This document shows positions 1-12,375 of a stretch of DNA of 64,000 nt, in pieces. Made by a program: the position numbers and the translations under genes. Each line of letters starts with the position of its first letter. The stretch's first letter is position 1. The notes under the pieces were generated by a model. It did not search any database. It saw only the letters and a list, made by a program, of their open reading frames with translations, and was not told the DNA's origin. This stretch comes from Hormiphora californensis (lineage: Eukaryota; Animalia; Ctenophora), in NCBI GenBank assembly GCA_020137815.1, contig CM035362.1, forward strand, positions 248,001 through 312,000, given 5' to 3'.

Positions 1-786
1 TGCATATTTGAGGTCTCCTTGGCATGGCCTACAACCCTACGGTGAGAGATTGCCCTGCACTCGACAAATTTCGGTCGGTGTACCCTTAATCACGCTACAT
101 AACTCATGTATATGCCTGCATGTAATAATGATGAACCAGCGCTAGTCTAATCAAGAGGTAAGCAAGGGGTATACTTGGGTATCGGAGGTGCTTAGCCTTA
201 CAAGGGCCCTGAACAGCATCGTTGATACCAGGGGCACGGACAATTTACATGGGAAATCGAGTAAACCGCCTGGCCCTGATATTATACCGATACGTAATGT
301 CACACAAGACAAAGAGCTGCTTATCCATCAAGAATAAGCTCATGAATCCGATAGCAACGAATATATTATGCAAATCATTAGATCATGTAATTATACAAGG
401 CAGAGGGAAGGCCTCCCTAGATGACCACCCTTGTTTTGTTCTCGCGAAATGACCACATCAAGTTCATGGTCTGACCACATGAACACAACGAGGCAAAACA
501 CCAAATTAGGAGAGAGAAAAGTGACCTGTTTACATCTTTACACAAAAACCAAAGAAAACGAATTTTCTGTGCTACGAACGTTTCATGGACAATACCAATC
601 TTCAGACGAATGATGTTTACATCTTTAGATCATTGCATATATTTACTTCTCACAGGCCACAGCTACTTGGCATAAGAATGCATTGATCCTTCTAGGTCAT
701 TGGGGTACACTACTAAATGCTTATGCATGATAGTACATAAAGGGGACTTCTAATTATTGACACTGTTATTTGCTAATTACTTACTA

Positions 787-1076
787 CTAGCGCACCCATT
801 GGGTGCGCCTCAAGTAAGGGCATTTTGAAAACCCACCCGGCTTCGTCGGGTGGTTCTTTTCACCCCTTTCAACGTCAAAAACACGGTTGCCATGGCAACT
901 GAATTGGTAACTATGGGGACTGGCATGTTAAAAGTCATTCGAAAATATCAACAAACTTCCACCGGAAGTTCCAAAAGTGGGTACATAAAGTGTTTTATGA
1001 AGGAGCAGCCTGTCGCTTAGATACCGCCTAACGAACGACCACTTCGACGTCGTTCATCTCCAAATTATAATAGAGA
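787..1076 (-). mobile_element. Non-autonomous Helitron-like element
   Basis: On the minus strand it begins A|TCTCTATTATAA (1076) and ends CTAG|T (787), i.e. inserted in an AT dinucleotide with no TSD. GC-rich hairpins lie near the 3' end (790-808 GCGCACCCATTGGGTGCGC; ~833-855 CCACCCGGCTTCGTCGGGTGG). Confidence 0.5.
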
Positions 1077-1091
1077 TTGGCGAAAAGCCAG

Positions 1092-1598
1092 GGGGTCTTT
1101 CACGAAACAATTAGGACCGAAGTTAGGACCGGTCCCAGCGTAGTTAGGACCAAAATTTGCAATGTGGCTTTCACGAACGGCCAAAGTTAGGACCGTTTTT
1201 AGAGAGTTAGGACCGGTCCCAACTTTCGGTCCTAACTCCGGTCCCAGCTGTGTAATTCGACACTTTAATTGCGTGATGCCCCACGTGACTACCTTTCCCG
1301 CGGTCCTAACTATCAAAAAAGATCCCAACTCTCTAATTTGCGGTCCCAACTCCGGTCCCAACCACTAGGATTTTGGTCCTAACTCTCCCTAGAGTTAGGA
1401 CAGGTAAAAGCTGTCCTAACTCTCAGTTGGGACCAAAATGCGGTCCTAACTTTGATTGGTGAAGCCATAATGTGCATTCGAGCACCATGAGTATACACTT
1501 TTATGGGATCTCAGCCGCAGTTTTAATGAAAACAAGACAATTCCCAAGACAACCTCAAATTGCTTCAATCTTCAAAAATAAACTATTTGTGAACTCCT

Positions 1599-1695
<97 letters not shown>

Positions 1696-2265
1696 TGAGA
1701 GAGAGAGAGAGATATGCAGGAAGAGAGTGAGAGAGAAAGAGAGATGAACAGACAGAGAGGGTTTGACAGAGAGGGTGAGATAAAGATAGAAAAATAGAGG
1801 TAAAGAGATACAGAGAGTGAGATATGGAGGGAGAGAGTGAGAGAGAAAGAGAGATGAACAGGGAGAGAGGGTGAGAGAGAGATAGAGAGAATACTGATGT
1901 ATTCATTGATATATGAATACTATTCATACACCAACTTGACTGGAAATTCCACCTGCACCCTTCTGTTGCGAATGTCACGTGATCATGTTTATACTCGTGT
2001 CAGTCTATCTGAATCATAAATGGCTATTGGTGATCACGTGTTTGTTTACCTATTGGTTTTCAACACTCACATGGGTCATGTGCGACTTTAGGACTACGTG
2101 AGTTACGGTCCTAACTTCAGTTTCGTGAAAGCCAAAATAGAGAGCATTGGGGTAATTACCCTCCTCGCCTACCCCCAACTTCTGTTCGTGAAAGCCATTT
2201 CAAAAAAGTCCTAGTGCAATATTGGTCCCAAAAAAGTTAGGACCGAAGTGTTCGTGAAAGACCCC
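1092..2265. mobile_element. Non-autonomous PIF/Harbinger-like DNA transposon
   Basis: 15-bp TIR GGGGTCTTTCACGAA / TTCGTGAAAGACCCC, 3-bp TSD CAG on both sides (1089-1091, 2266-2268), many subterminal GTTAGGACC/GGTCCTAAC motifs in both orientations, internal (GA)n tract, no transposase. Confidence 0.75.
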
Positions 2266-2740
2266 CAGCGCAGATATGCACGAGTTTTTATAAGAAACAT
2301 CCTCAGGTCACAGATGTGACTTTCAGAATCATTGAAGGAATACACTCCTATAGCGACAACGATAATGAAATTGCTTGCTCAGGCTGCAACACGAAATACT
2401 TGTTTACACTGTTTAGTGTTATGAATCTCTCAGGATTTGCAGAGCACACCGAAAGAACAAAGCCTGGAATGAGAGCAAAGCCACCTCAGCATATTATAAC
2501 TGAAATAAACGACCTCTGCTGCTCGGGATTTTGTTATCGAATCACTCATGAGTCTCGACGTTCCCTTTCACCCCTGTTATACATAAGCTGTGATATTATA
2601 TAGAGAGAAAGTATAGCTCCGTTGTCTAGATCTAAAGATCTAATTTCTTGATATTGAAGTGTATATTACATAAATTCACAGGTCAAAAACGGATCAGATA
2701 TGATTCATGACTGATCTGGATTCATGACTGATCTGGAAAT

Positions 2741-2972
2741 CGTTCTATAAGAAGGCGATGGATATACTTCACCCCCCTGAAACCACCCCTTAAAGGGAGG
2801 TTTACCTTGTGACCTGGTATGGCACCAGCTCCCCAAATCTCATTGGGCCGAAGCAGCTGGCAACATACCAGCCACACCACCCAGGATGGGGAACGGGAGC
2901 CACATGGCATCCACCCCTTACTGGCTAGTGCTTCGCACTAGCCAGCGTCCTCCCAGAAGAGAAGAAGAAGAA
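2741..2972 (+). mobile_element. Short retroposed element (SINE or 5'-truncated LINE 3' end)
   Basis: Flanked by 11-bp direct repeat GATCTGGAAAT (2730-2740, 2973-2983). Ends in the stem-loop CTGGCTAGTGC-TTC-GCACTAGCCAG followed by a (GAA)n tail. Confidence 0.65.
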
Positions 2973-4142
2973 GATCTGGAAATATCCTCTCTTGGAGCAA
3001 GAGAAGACATGCCTTTCGAGTTGTTCATACAAAGCGCAGAGACAGTGTCAAGACTGAAGACATGCCGGAAATTGGAAAAAAAGGAAAGTGGACCGTTTCA
3101 TCCAACAAGTTTGACAGGACACCCAACAAGTTTGACATGACAGAACAGTGGACACTGATTTTTCGGCTACAAAGAAAGTCAGCCGTTAATGGATTAATAA
3201 CTGTAATAATTACGGCCACATTGCCACAAATTCAACTGTGAGGGTAGAAGCTGGACTGGTTGGATAGAATCAAAGTAACCCTGCGGGCCATATAATACTA
3301 CTATGTGATCTGCCCCTCTGACAATTATCTGTAGTACAGACTCTGTACAAGCTGTCAAGTCTCATTATTCCTTGTTGGGTATAATAGTTCAACTCGTAGT
3401 ACAATAGTGGAATTATACCCAACAAGTTGTAGTACAGTTGTATCAAAGTTTTATCTTCTACGGTGCATCTCATTTAGAATGTTCCATTAAAATCACTATG
3501 AAATCACAATGTTGTGTGCGTGTGGCATCGCCTGACACTATACTATGTCCGTACTCCGGAACAATTCAGTAGTTCCAGTAGTTGCTGCCTGGCGGCGCTA
3601 GACCCCGTTTTAAATCTCTCGACAGTGCTGTACTCAGATCGGGTCGGCGCCGCCACACAGACAGTACATGACCATTCTCAAACTCTCTCAGAGTGTGAAA
3701 GTGATGAATTGAGTACGTCATAGTGCCATTCAGTTAAACCTCGATTTACTGGACAACACAAGGTCCGGTAGATGGAGCTATGACAAGTATGACAATGTAG
3801 CATAGCATAATGGGCCATGGGGCGACAAGAAAATGAAGCTCTGCATAACCTCATTGAGAGAAAGATGTGTTAAGTAAACAAAAAAGTGCGGCCAAGGCCC
3901 CTAACACTTAACAGTCACGTAGACGCTGTTCTTTAGAGGAAGAAGAATCTCTCACCTCATTATTCAAATTGAAATAATTATAGGTTAGTATCACGGTCTA
4001 TACAAATTTCTAATGGTAATTCCAATATCTCATCCTTCTTTTATGGGTACCGGGTAAGAAGAATTCAACTTCCAAGCGACTATCGTTACTTGCGTCAATG
4101 CGATGTGATAGACAAGTTTGTGAGTGCCCGTGATCTCTCAGG

Positions 4143-4426
4143 TCATGAGACTATATTAACACAGTCAAGTAGTCGACGGTGGAAGAACTGAGGAAACGCG
4201 TTAGGGTTCGAGGTGCACAGGTGAGCTGAGAGTGCTAAACAAATAGGGAACAGTGCTAAACAAATAGGGAAATAGTAGGAATAGTATAGAACGTGGGAGA
4301 ATGAGTATGAGACATCTGTCAGAGCATCATGGCCTGACTCTATTCTGTGGTCAGAGCATTGGCCCGCCAGTGAAACATAGAGAACGTCGTACTTAGAGAA
4401 TGGTGAAAAGGTAACACTGCTATCCT

Positions 4427-4479
<53 letters not shown>

Positions 4480-4822
4480 CCTCTCTATCTCTCTCTCTCT
4501 CTCTCCCTCCCTAATTCACCACTAACTTCCCTCAGTGAAGCCCTACCACAGTGTTAGTTTACCCACTTCCTGCTGCAGTACCGCGGGCCGGAAGGCACTG
4601 TGTTGCAACAGCCATTCAGTGTTAGTAGTGGTAGAAAACTGTGCTTTTCTATAGAGAAGGAGAGAGGAACAGTTAGAGGAGGGAAAGTAGTGGTGCCGCA
4701 GCAATTATAACAACACCGCCCAGTTGACATAATTAGTAGGGAATTAGTAGGCATATAATTTAGTAAGGCAGCCGGCAGAATAGGCAGTGAAGTAGGCCCT
4801 ACTTAGTAGGGTGGGGCATCAT
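4143..4822 (-). CDS. Possible 3-exon small ORF (62 aa), no recognisable domain
   Basis: Exons 4822-4803, 4648-4563 and 4225-4143 have GT-AG boundaries, compatible phases and a strong polypyrimidine acceptor at ~4650. Product MMPHPTKKAQFSTTTNTEWLLQHSAFRPAVLQQEVAHLCTSNPNAFPQFFHRRLLDCVNIVS. Could be chance or non-coding exons. Confidence 0.2.
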
Positions 4823-5550
4823 AAAGTTCTGAAACACTACATTTGGAAACAATTGTCAGGTTCCTGCTAGCTGTCTTCTTCTTGGAGGCCGTCTCCAAGG
4901 CTGTACTCTGTAGTGATTACCCTCCAGTACAGTCCATTCTTAGTTCAACCGGTTATGATTGCTGTCAAACTTTGATGGTTATGATTTATGATGGTAAGGA
5001 ATATGGTGGGATATGGTGGGAGATAAGGAGGTATGTCCTCGAATACAGCTAAAGTATAGAATGCAGCTCCAGGAGAACATAGGAGTGTCAACTACTCAAA
5101 AGACTACTTCTAGAAGTATCATGCTCGTGTATGTGGCAGTTTCCTCCTTCATGAAAATAACGTGATTAATTGTCAGTTTGGATTAGAATTCATGAACAAT
5201 GTATAAATCAGAAAAATAAACTTTGGTACACTATCAAGATCACACTTCGTTAATTAACAACCACTTTAAAAACATTAAATTAGGCACCGCACACACAAGC
5301 AGTCCTAAACCGAGTGCGACTGAGTCGTACACTACGACTCTTTCGGTTCTCCAGATTTCACAGAGTCGGGTAGAAATACGGCATATATATTGTATTCCCC
5401 TGCTGCAGAGACTTCCTAGGGGGACACCATGGAAAGACATCACCGCCACCTCCCTGGTGAGAGAGACAGGGATAACCATGATAACACATGACGTCCTGGT
5501 CACAGACAGCTGGTAACCATGGTAACATAACACCCGATGGTAACAGTAGC

Positions 5551-6158
5551 TTAGTAGCAGAGAGCTACATGACCATAATCAGCACATTGAAGTCCAGCCA
5601 CACACGCCTGGGAAGGAGAGGGCAAGATAGTTAGTTTGAATGGGACCAAAACCGCTGGATCTTTGTAAACGAACGCCGAATAAAAACTGAAAGTACCAGC
5701 ATACTGCCATACTATTTTATTTATCGCTACGGCCTGCAGTACACAGAGAAAAGGCTTTTAGCGAATCAACATACCCCAGGACAGAGAGTGCCCCTTTTCC
5801 CTCTCTGAGCTTCAACTACTGCATCTTCGTCTGTGTTTAATAAATCTGGAAGTGACCTTGAAATTTCTGAAAATATTATATTATGATCATTCGAATGTTG
5901 TTTTACAGTGGCACAAATTCATTAGCTGAGTAGCTGACACTTGCACTAGTGCTATGAGGCCAATCCTCTGACCGCTTTTCTTGCTCGCTCTGCGTGCAGA
6001 ACAGTAAGAAATGAGAATTCAGAATAGGGTCAGAGTCTGACCCTATTCTGAATTCTCATTTCAGTCAGACCAATATATGCTCTGACACCTTTTTACTTAC
6101 CTTTAGTGTTGGTGACGGTGAGACTGATAACAAGCAGTACAAATACCAGTCGGATCAT
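5551..6158 (-). CDS. Secreted prepropeptide (68 aa) with RGKR cleavage site and a 24-aa four-Cys mature peptide
   Basis: Exons 6158-6101, 5866-5775 and 5607-5551 have canonical GT-AG sites and matching phases (1, 0). Product MIRLVFVLLVISLTVTNTK-EISRSLPDLLNTDEDAVVEAQRGKR-GTLCPGACVAGLQCADYGHVALCY*: hydrophobic signal, acidic pro-region, dibasic/furin site. Confidence 0.8.
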
Positions 6159-7126
6159 GGTGTGTGATCTAAGAGAGAGTTGTTATAACTCCGTCCTTTA
6201 CCGCGGGGGGTAGTGAGAGAGGGTTGAGCAAGGCAAATATAGAGTAGACTAGTATGATTTTAGGAAAAGTACAGAGACGATGACAAACTATTTAGATTGG
6301 AAACTGCAAAGCGTACCAAAAAGCTTTCTGGTAGCTAAGAAAACTTGGTATTTTGTAAAGGCTAAATTTATAAACAAGAACTCAATCTGATCTATGCCAA
6401 CACCACACCCTTGTACATATAAGTTAGCCATAGCTATGGCTAACTATATATAACAAGGGTGTGGAGGTGTTGGTTCACAAAACGGTGTGCAATCACATGA
6501 AACGTGTGGGCATGGAAGTCTGACAAACTGAATACACTATGAGAATATCTAAGCTATGTAGGAGAACAGCCACAATACTCAGGAATCCCGACTCCCGGAG
6601 TCAGGGTTTATAAAATTAATACGCTTCGGCACCAGCGGTATATCGCAGTCAGACCGCATCATATCATTAAACTACCTTGTAGACAACACTGAATAGCGAG
6701 ATTAGATATCAAGATTACTGCTATAAACGAGCCATGGTTTGGTGAGGAAAGGAGCCATTTCAGGGCAAAATGGACCAGCTAGAGGGAATTAGGAGAGATT
6801 CCACTCCCTGATCTAGCTCTCTGAGAGAACCAGGAGTTGGAGGGAACCAGGAGAACAGTCCACTAGTCGCCCCAGTTTACCAACTACAACTCGCCGCCAC
6901 CAATGCAATGCAGTCGCTTTTAGGGGGACGAAAGGGACGAATGATGTCCGCTAAATGTGAAACGCTCTGTTTTTGTAGATGCCCCGCCCCTGCTGCAGTA
7001 ATGGTGCAGCTGGGGGTGCAGGAGGTAAAATTAACTGATAATTTAAATCTAACAATGCCCGTATTAACATTTATTGCAGCCGACCTCAAACATTCTATCT
7101 TTCTCTCTCTCTCACTCTCTCTCTCA

Positions 7127-7230
<104 letters not shown>

Positions 7231-7390
7231 TTCTTTCTGTCTATCTTCCTCTTTCTGATTCCCTCTGTCTCCATCTCCTTTTCACCATTGCTTCATCATT
7301 TGAGACAGTTTATCAATCTCTATGACTCTATGCTCCCTTATCCACTTGCCAGAGAATTTCATTCACAATCTCTTCTCCCGACAGTTTCCC

Positions 7391-7701
7391 TCACAAGGTC
7401 CCATTATCAAAGTACGGCCCACTGAAGGTGACATGCCCGGGGAGGGTGACACCAGGTGGTAACACCCCTCCACCGGTGGGGAACCCCTCCAGACTGGTCA
7501 CCAGACCCGGTCTGTGCAGCTGGTGATGGTGTTCGGAGTGGTTGAGGAGGAAGTCGGGAGGGGGATGGGGCCCTAAAGTGTGGCCTCCGAGATCCGGCTG
7601 GCCGACCTGCGGGTGGGAACATTGTTATTTGGAAAGGGAACTTTGTTAGGGAAAAGAACGGGAACTTTTTAGGGATGGGATGGGGCCAGGAAGATAATAA
7701 G

Positions 7702-7777
<76 letters not shown>

Positions 7778-10700
7778 GATAGAGAAAGAGGGATCTAAAG
7801 TTAAGGTATCTGCCCCATGCATCGTGTCAATGAACTGTGATAATCAGGGAGCCATCTTCTACTGAGCCATCTTCTAGTCTTCTGCTGGGGGCAGGTGCAG
7901 GGACTAAGGTAATAATTGAACATCTGTCAAATAGTTGAGATCTGAGGGAGGGAGAGAAGGGGGAGAGAGAGAGAGATAGAAAGATAGAGATAGAGGGAGA
8001 TAGTGTTCATCCTAACCTGTAGGTCAGCATAGGAACAATGTGAAGTAGCAAAATCTCCAAAGTGCTTCTTCAGGGAGGGCGATGCTAGCTGGGTGTAGTT
8101 CTGGTCACCTGAAATGAAGATGATTACCACAAAGCTTCCTCCAGGACAATTAACCCATTATGTGCCCGGTGTAGTGACGCAAGTTTGGATGTGTATTACC
8201 ACTAGATAAGAATAATTTTAAATGCTGGTACTACTCGGGTTTTCAACTTGGCATGTAATAAACTAGTATAACTATGGGGGGGGGGGGGTCCAGCCCTAAA
8301 AAAAGCTAAAGGTACCCTGATTTTGGTCGATTGCTTTTTTTATGTTAGCTTTTTTAGCTTTTTTTAGCCCTACTTTTTATGTTTTTTCAGCATTCATCTT
8401 GACACTTTTCCATTAAATTTTCATCCTTCCGGACGTCTATTGACTGCATTTGTTCATTTCCTGCACATTTTTTTACCATAATCTACCGTTTATGTCCATA
8501 CATAGCAATTTCTGTATCCACCCCTACTGCCATTTTCTGGAGACATTTTTTCGATAAAAATATTATTCAAATTTGATAAAAATAGTTTTAAAAAAGTTCA
8601 AAAAACGTTATAAAACGTTATAATAAAAGTTTAAAAAATTTGGCGTCAGCGGGATTCGAACCTATATGAATCCACTAAAAACTCAATTTTAGCTTTTTTT
8701 TAAGCTTTTTTTAGCTTTTTTTAGCCTAAAAAAGCTAAAAAAGCTAAAAAAGGCTAAAAAAAGCTAAAAAAGCTAAAAAAGCTAAAGGTACCCTGATTTT
8801 GGCCGATTGCTTAGCTTTTTTAGGGCTGGACCCCCCCCCCCCCAACTATCCATCATCCCTTACCGAGTGCACATGATACAGGGCTCACTGAATCAGGGTA
8901 TCCCTCAACTGACGACGTTACTTTTGCTTCCCCTGTTTTATCCATCAAACACCTGCACAAGTTATAGACATGTAAAATAGGATATTTAATGAGAGAAGGC
9001 CGGAACATGATGTGGAATATAGAACGACAATGATTGATTGTAGTTTTCATTACTGTCTGGCAGCGTTCAGATCGTGTCATCATTGCGAGACAGTCTTTGA
9101 TCGACAACAAATTCAATATTTGTTAAGAATGGGACTACATCCCTCACCTATCATCCATATCACTGTCTGAGTGAGCCTGGACTGTCGCCCCACCTCCCTC
9201 AGCCTGCTTGTTCATCTTACGTCGGGCCAGCTTTTTCACCTTGGCCCTCTGGTTCTGAAACCATACCTGTAGAGGGAAGTCGAATAAGGCACCAGTTAGA
9301 GATTCCCAGGCATCAGTTCCCAAGCTCGGCAGTTCCCAAGGTCGGCAAGCAAGTGAGTGCTGACGTGCGCGTTAGTACTACTTTCCATTCAATTTACGCG
9401 ACGCGCAGCAATGTCACATGGTTCCCACAGAACCATCTGCACATGATGGCCGGGCATGCAGGAACGCGCCGTGCCCTGATATCAGGGAGCGTCCCCCTGA
9501 TATCAGGGTATCAATCTGTAACTTGTGCGTATGTTACCATGGTTCCCGAGATAACTGCAGTTTGAGAGAAGTAAACAAGATTATGATCTAAAACATTTGT
9601 CTGCAGACGGTTTGTGGATTAGATTCTTTGTAGTTTGGAATATACTGCAAAGATACGGAAATGCAATAACTAATCATTACTCTCCAGTCTCCCTCTTTCC
9701 TACCTGTACTACTCTGACACTGAGGCCAGTCTGGGAGCTGAGTTTTTCCCGCTCTTTTCTACACGGCCGGGGTGTCATGTCGAAAGCTTCCTTGAACACT
9801 GAAAACAATAATCAAATTGAATGAATTGATTCGTTTGTAAAAGATTATCATATCAGGTATCGGTATATTTATGTTTATAACAAATCAAACCCTATAACGT
9901 CACTTAGATTTTAGATCTCACCTTTGCGTTGAACTGAAGAAAGGACGGTTCGGGGTCTCTTTACCTCCCTCCTATCTCTCCTGCACATAGGATCGTTACC
10001 CAGGAAATACTGCTCCCGTAACGTGTCATCAGAACATATTTTACAGACCAGGTCCCCGTTACCGTGCATCAGGTATTGGTCACCTGTATATAGGGAGAAG
10101 GGTTTGGTAGTTTAGTTTTTGCCTTTAAGTTTTATTTGCAACAATGTAGTTGGCAAAACGGTCATCAGTCGAATCATCTATACCAGTGGTGCTCCGTGAT
10201 ATTGGCCACCCGCACAGCACCGCCCACAGCGTAGTCCACGATGTCCAAAACGCGTGAAAAGAAGCAAACAATGGGATATTTGACGTCGTGAACCACGCTG
10301 TGGGCGGCACTGTGCGGGTGGCCAATATGACGGAGTACCGCTAGACTGTCAGTGGGATAAATATGAACGCGAATGGTCAGCTGTAGTAGAAATCAATGTC
10401 CTACCCGCATTCTCATGTTTTTCAAATAAAGAGTCACTGTCAGAGCATCATGGTCTGACCTTATATTCTCATTTTTTCAAAAGAATTGTGGTCAGATTAT
10501 TGGCCTGGTCAGAGAGCACACAAGAACAGTGACAGGCAACAGAAACCTCACCTTTTCTAAGAGGGCTGTTACATCTACTGCACAGAAAGCAACTAATATG
10601 ATAGATCCTCCCATACACTCTGTACACCAGATCATTGGTACTGATAGTTGATGTGCACATACAGCACGTGCTGGAATCTAGGACTCTTTGGTAGTGGTCC

Positions 10701-11558
10701 CTCTTGCAATAGAGTCGCTGTTGTTTGTCGAAAAAGCAGGAGTCTGATAGTTGGACATTGCACAGACAGCATCTGAAGGGGTTATTGATTTGATTTGATA
10801 AGAGCGGTTGCCATGGGCGTGAACCCCTTGCGGGGACCCTACGCACAGGGGCCAATCACTTAGTGATACCAGCACCGCTAATGATGACCGTGGAGGATGG
10901 TACGCGACCCCTTTGGGGGAGGGATAGGTCGCGTGTGGACGTGAAGGTGACGGATCACGACCCATGGGGGAGGGAGAGGTCGCGTGTGGGCAGGGGGAGC
11001 CCTTTAGGTGGGTTCGACCTTGGGTTCGGGATTGAGGGGAGCAACCCCGTTGATGTATCCCTCTTTTGATGTGATTTGTTGAGGAGGAGTGTATGTAGTG
11101 CGCGTATTAGTCTTTAATTTTGGTGCGCGTTGTTATTGGCTTTGAGGGAGTTGGTGTTATGGTTTTTGTTTTTTGTGTTAGTTGTATTTCTGTTTGTTCC
11201 CTTTTTCTTCTTTGTGTTGATGGTTCCTGTTGTCTTGTTTGTTGTCTGAAGGGGTTAGATTCAGTATATTGTGACTTTGAAGTAGCTGTCATAGAATAGG
11301 AGACAGTGGGACGGTGTAGATTTTCTAGAGGGCAAGGTAAAAATCATTCAGCTCTCACCTCAAACATTGTTCATGCCAGTACACATCGTTAACTTTCATT
11401 AACAAAGTCTCCTCAATGGGCAGTCTACAGGCCCCACATATAGGACTCTTCTTGGGTAGGCCTGGTGTTGTTGAGCTGGGGGTGGAGGTTGCTTCAGAAA
11501 CAGTCACTGGCTCCTCCTTTACATTTACTGTTGAGTGAACAGTGCCACTTTCCACCAT
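7391..11558 (-). CDS. Lmx: LIM-homeobox transcription factor Lmx (Lmx1 family), ~397 aa, 8 coding exons
   Basis: Exons 11558-11359, 10772-10552, 10083-9922, 9798-9704, 9266-9148, 8952-8864, 8108-8017 and 7606-7391 splice in frame. Two LIM domains (CGAC..WHEQCLRCCLC..YCKRD; [20 protein letters not shown]) and the homeodomain [61 protein letters not shown], which is diagnostic of Lmx1. The last exon is the least certain. Confidence 0.95.
8276..8843. mobile_element. Foldback MITE with oligo-G/oligo-C termini in an Lmx intron
   Basis: G13-TCCAGCCCTAAAAAA ... TTTTTTAGGGCTGGA-C13 inverted termini, AACTAT repeated on both flanks (6-bp TSD), internal AAAAAGCT arrays in both orientations, tRNA-3'-end-like fragment at 8641-8663. 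Confidence 0.75.
10184..10343. mobile_element. Palindromic MITE (copy 1 of a family)
   Basis: Long imperfect inverted arms CAGTGGTGCTCCGTGATATTGGCCACCCGCACAG.. / ..CTGTGCGGGTGGCCAATATGACGGAGTACCGCTA; related copy at 56959-57169. Confidence 0.65.
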
Positions 11559-11981
11559 GATGATAGTATAGCTGTAGGAGGGTAGAAGGTGGTAAGATAG
11601 CTGTATGAGATGGAGAGAAATGTGTCGGCATCACAAGTGGATTTGTGTAAATATGATTCTGGTCAAACAACTCGTGATACAACTAAAGAAGCAGTTCAGA
11701 GTACAAGATAGAACTGCTGACTTGGATTACACATTAAGTTATTGCAGCGCTGGCAGAGTGACAAAAACCCGGGGTCCTGACGGCTGATGCTCTAAGCGAT
11801 CACTCTAATAACAATACTCGGGATGGTTAAAGGGTTTTTCACAAGAAATGCAATCGGAAAATAAGGAACGACGATCCGGGGTAAGGGTACAATTAATATG
11901 TTAAAGTGATTAAAGGACAACTTATAGAATTGGGACGAAACAAACTACGAACAACGAGAAAAGGGAAAAATTCTGACCCTG

Positions 11982-12135
11982 CCAATCCTATCTACAGTTG
12001 CAGACGTAGACTCGTGCTCGCTTCACTTTTTTGGTGGTAGCCAATGAAAACTCTCCTTCATCCTAAAACGAACCAATCAGAGAGCAGGACGGGGTAAAGG
12101 GAGAGCCAATGAGAATGCAGCGTGGTGATCACGTG
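11982..12135 (-). promoter_or_regulatory. Putative Lmx proximal promoter: CCAAT array plus E-box
   Basis: CCAAT at 12041, 12073 and 12106 (32-33 bp spacing) and at 11982; CACGTG at 12130; candidate non-coding exon with GTCAGA donor at 11977; (GA)n tract further upstream. Confidence 0.5.
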
Positions 12136-12241
12136 TCATTTAAGAGGGTGAGTAGTGACTGGGAGGTCAGTTTGCTTTTAACCTGTCCCCCGGTGACACA
12201 CACTGTGGGCTCAGTAGCGACTTGTGGCGTGTGTGCGACCT

Positions 12242-12375
<134 letters not shown>

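Noticed and set aside
4843-5052. Signal-peptide-like ORF (METIVRFLLAVFFLEAVSKA)
   Set aside because: Starts at TTG rather than ATG, and I could not link it to consistent upstream or downstream exons.
7800-7945. Alternative last exon of Lmx
   Set aside because: The CTCAG acceptor gives an almost immediate stop; the 7606-7391 exon gives a longer, compositionally plausible Pro/His/Gly-rich tail. Not excluded as a minor isoform.
8641-8663. tRNA gene
   Set aside because: Only the T-arm and 3' acceptor strand with CCA are present; no D-arm or anticodon arm, and it lies within a MITE.
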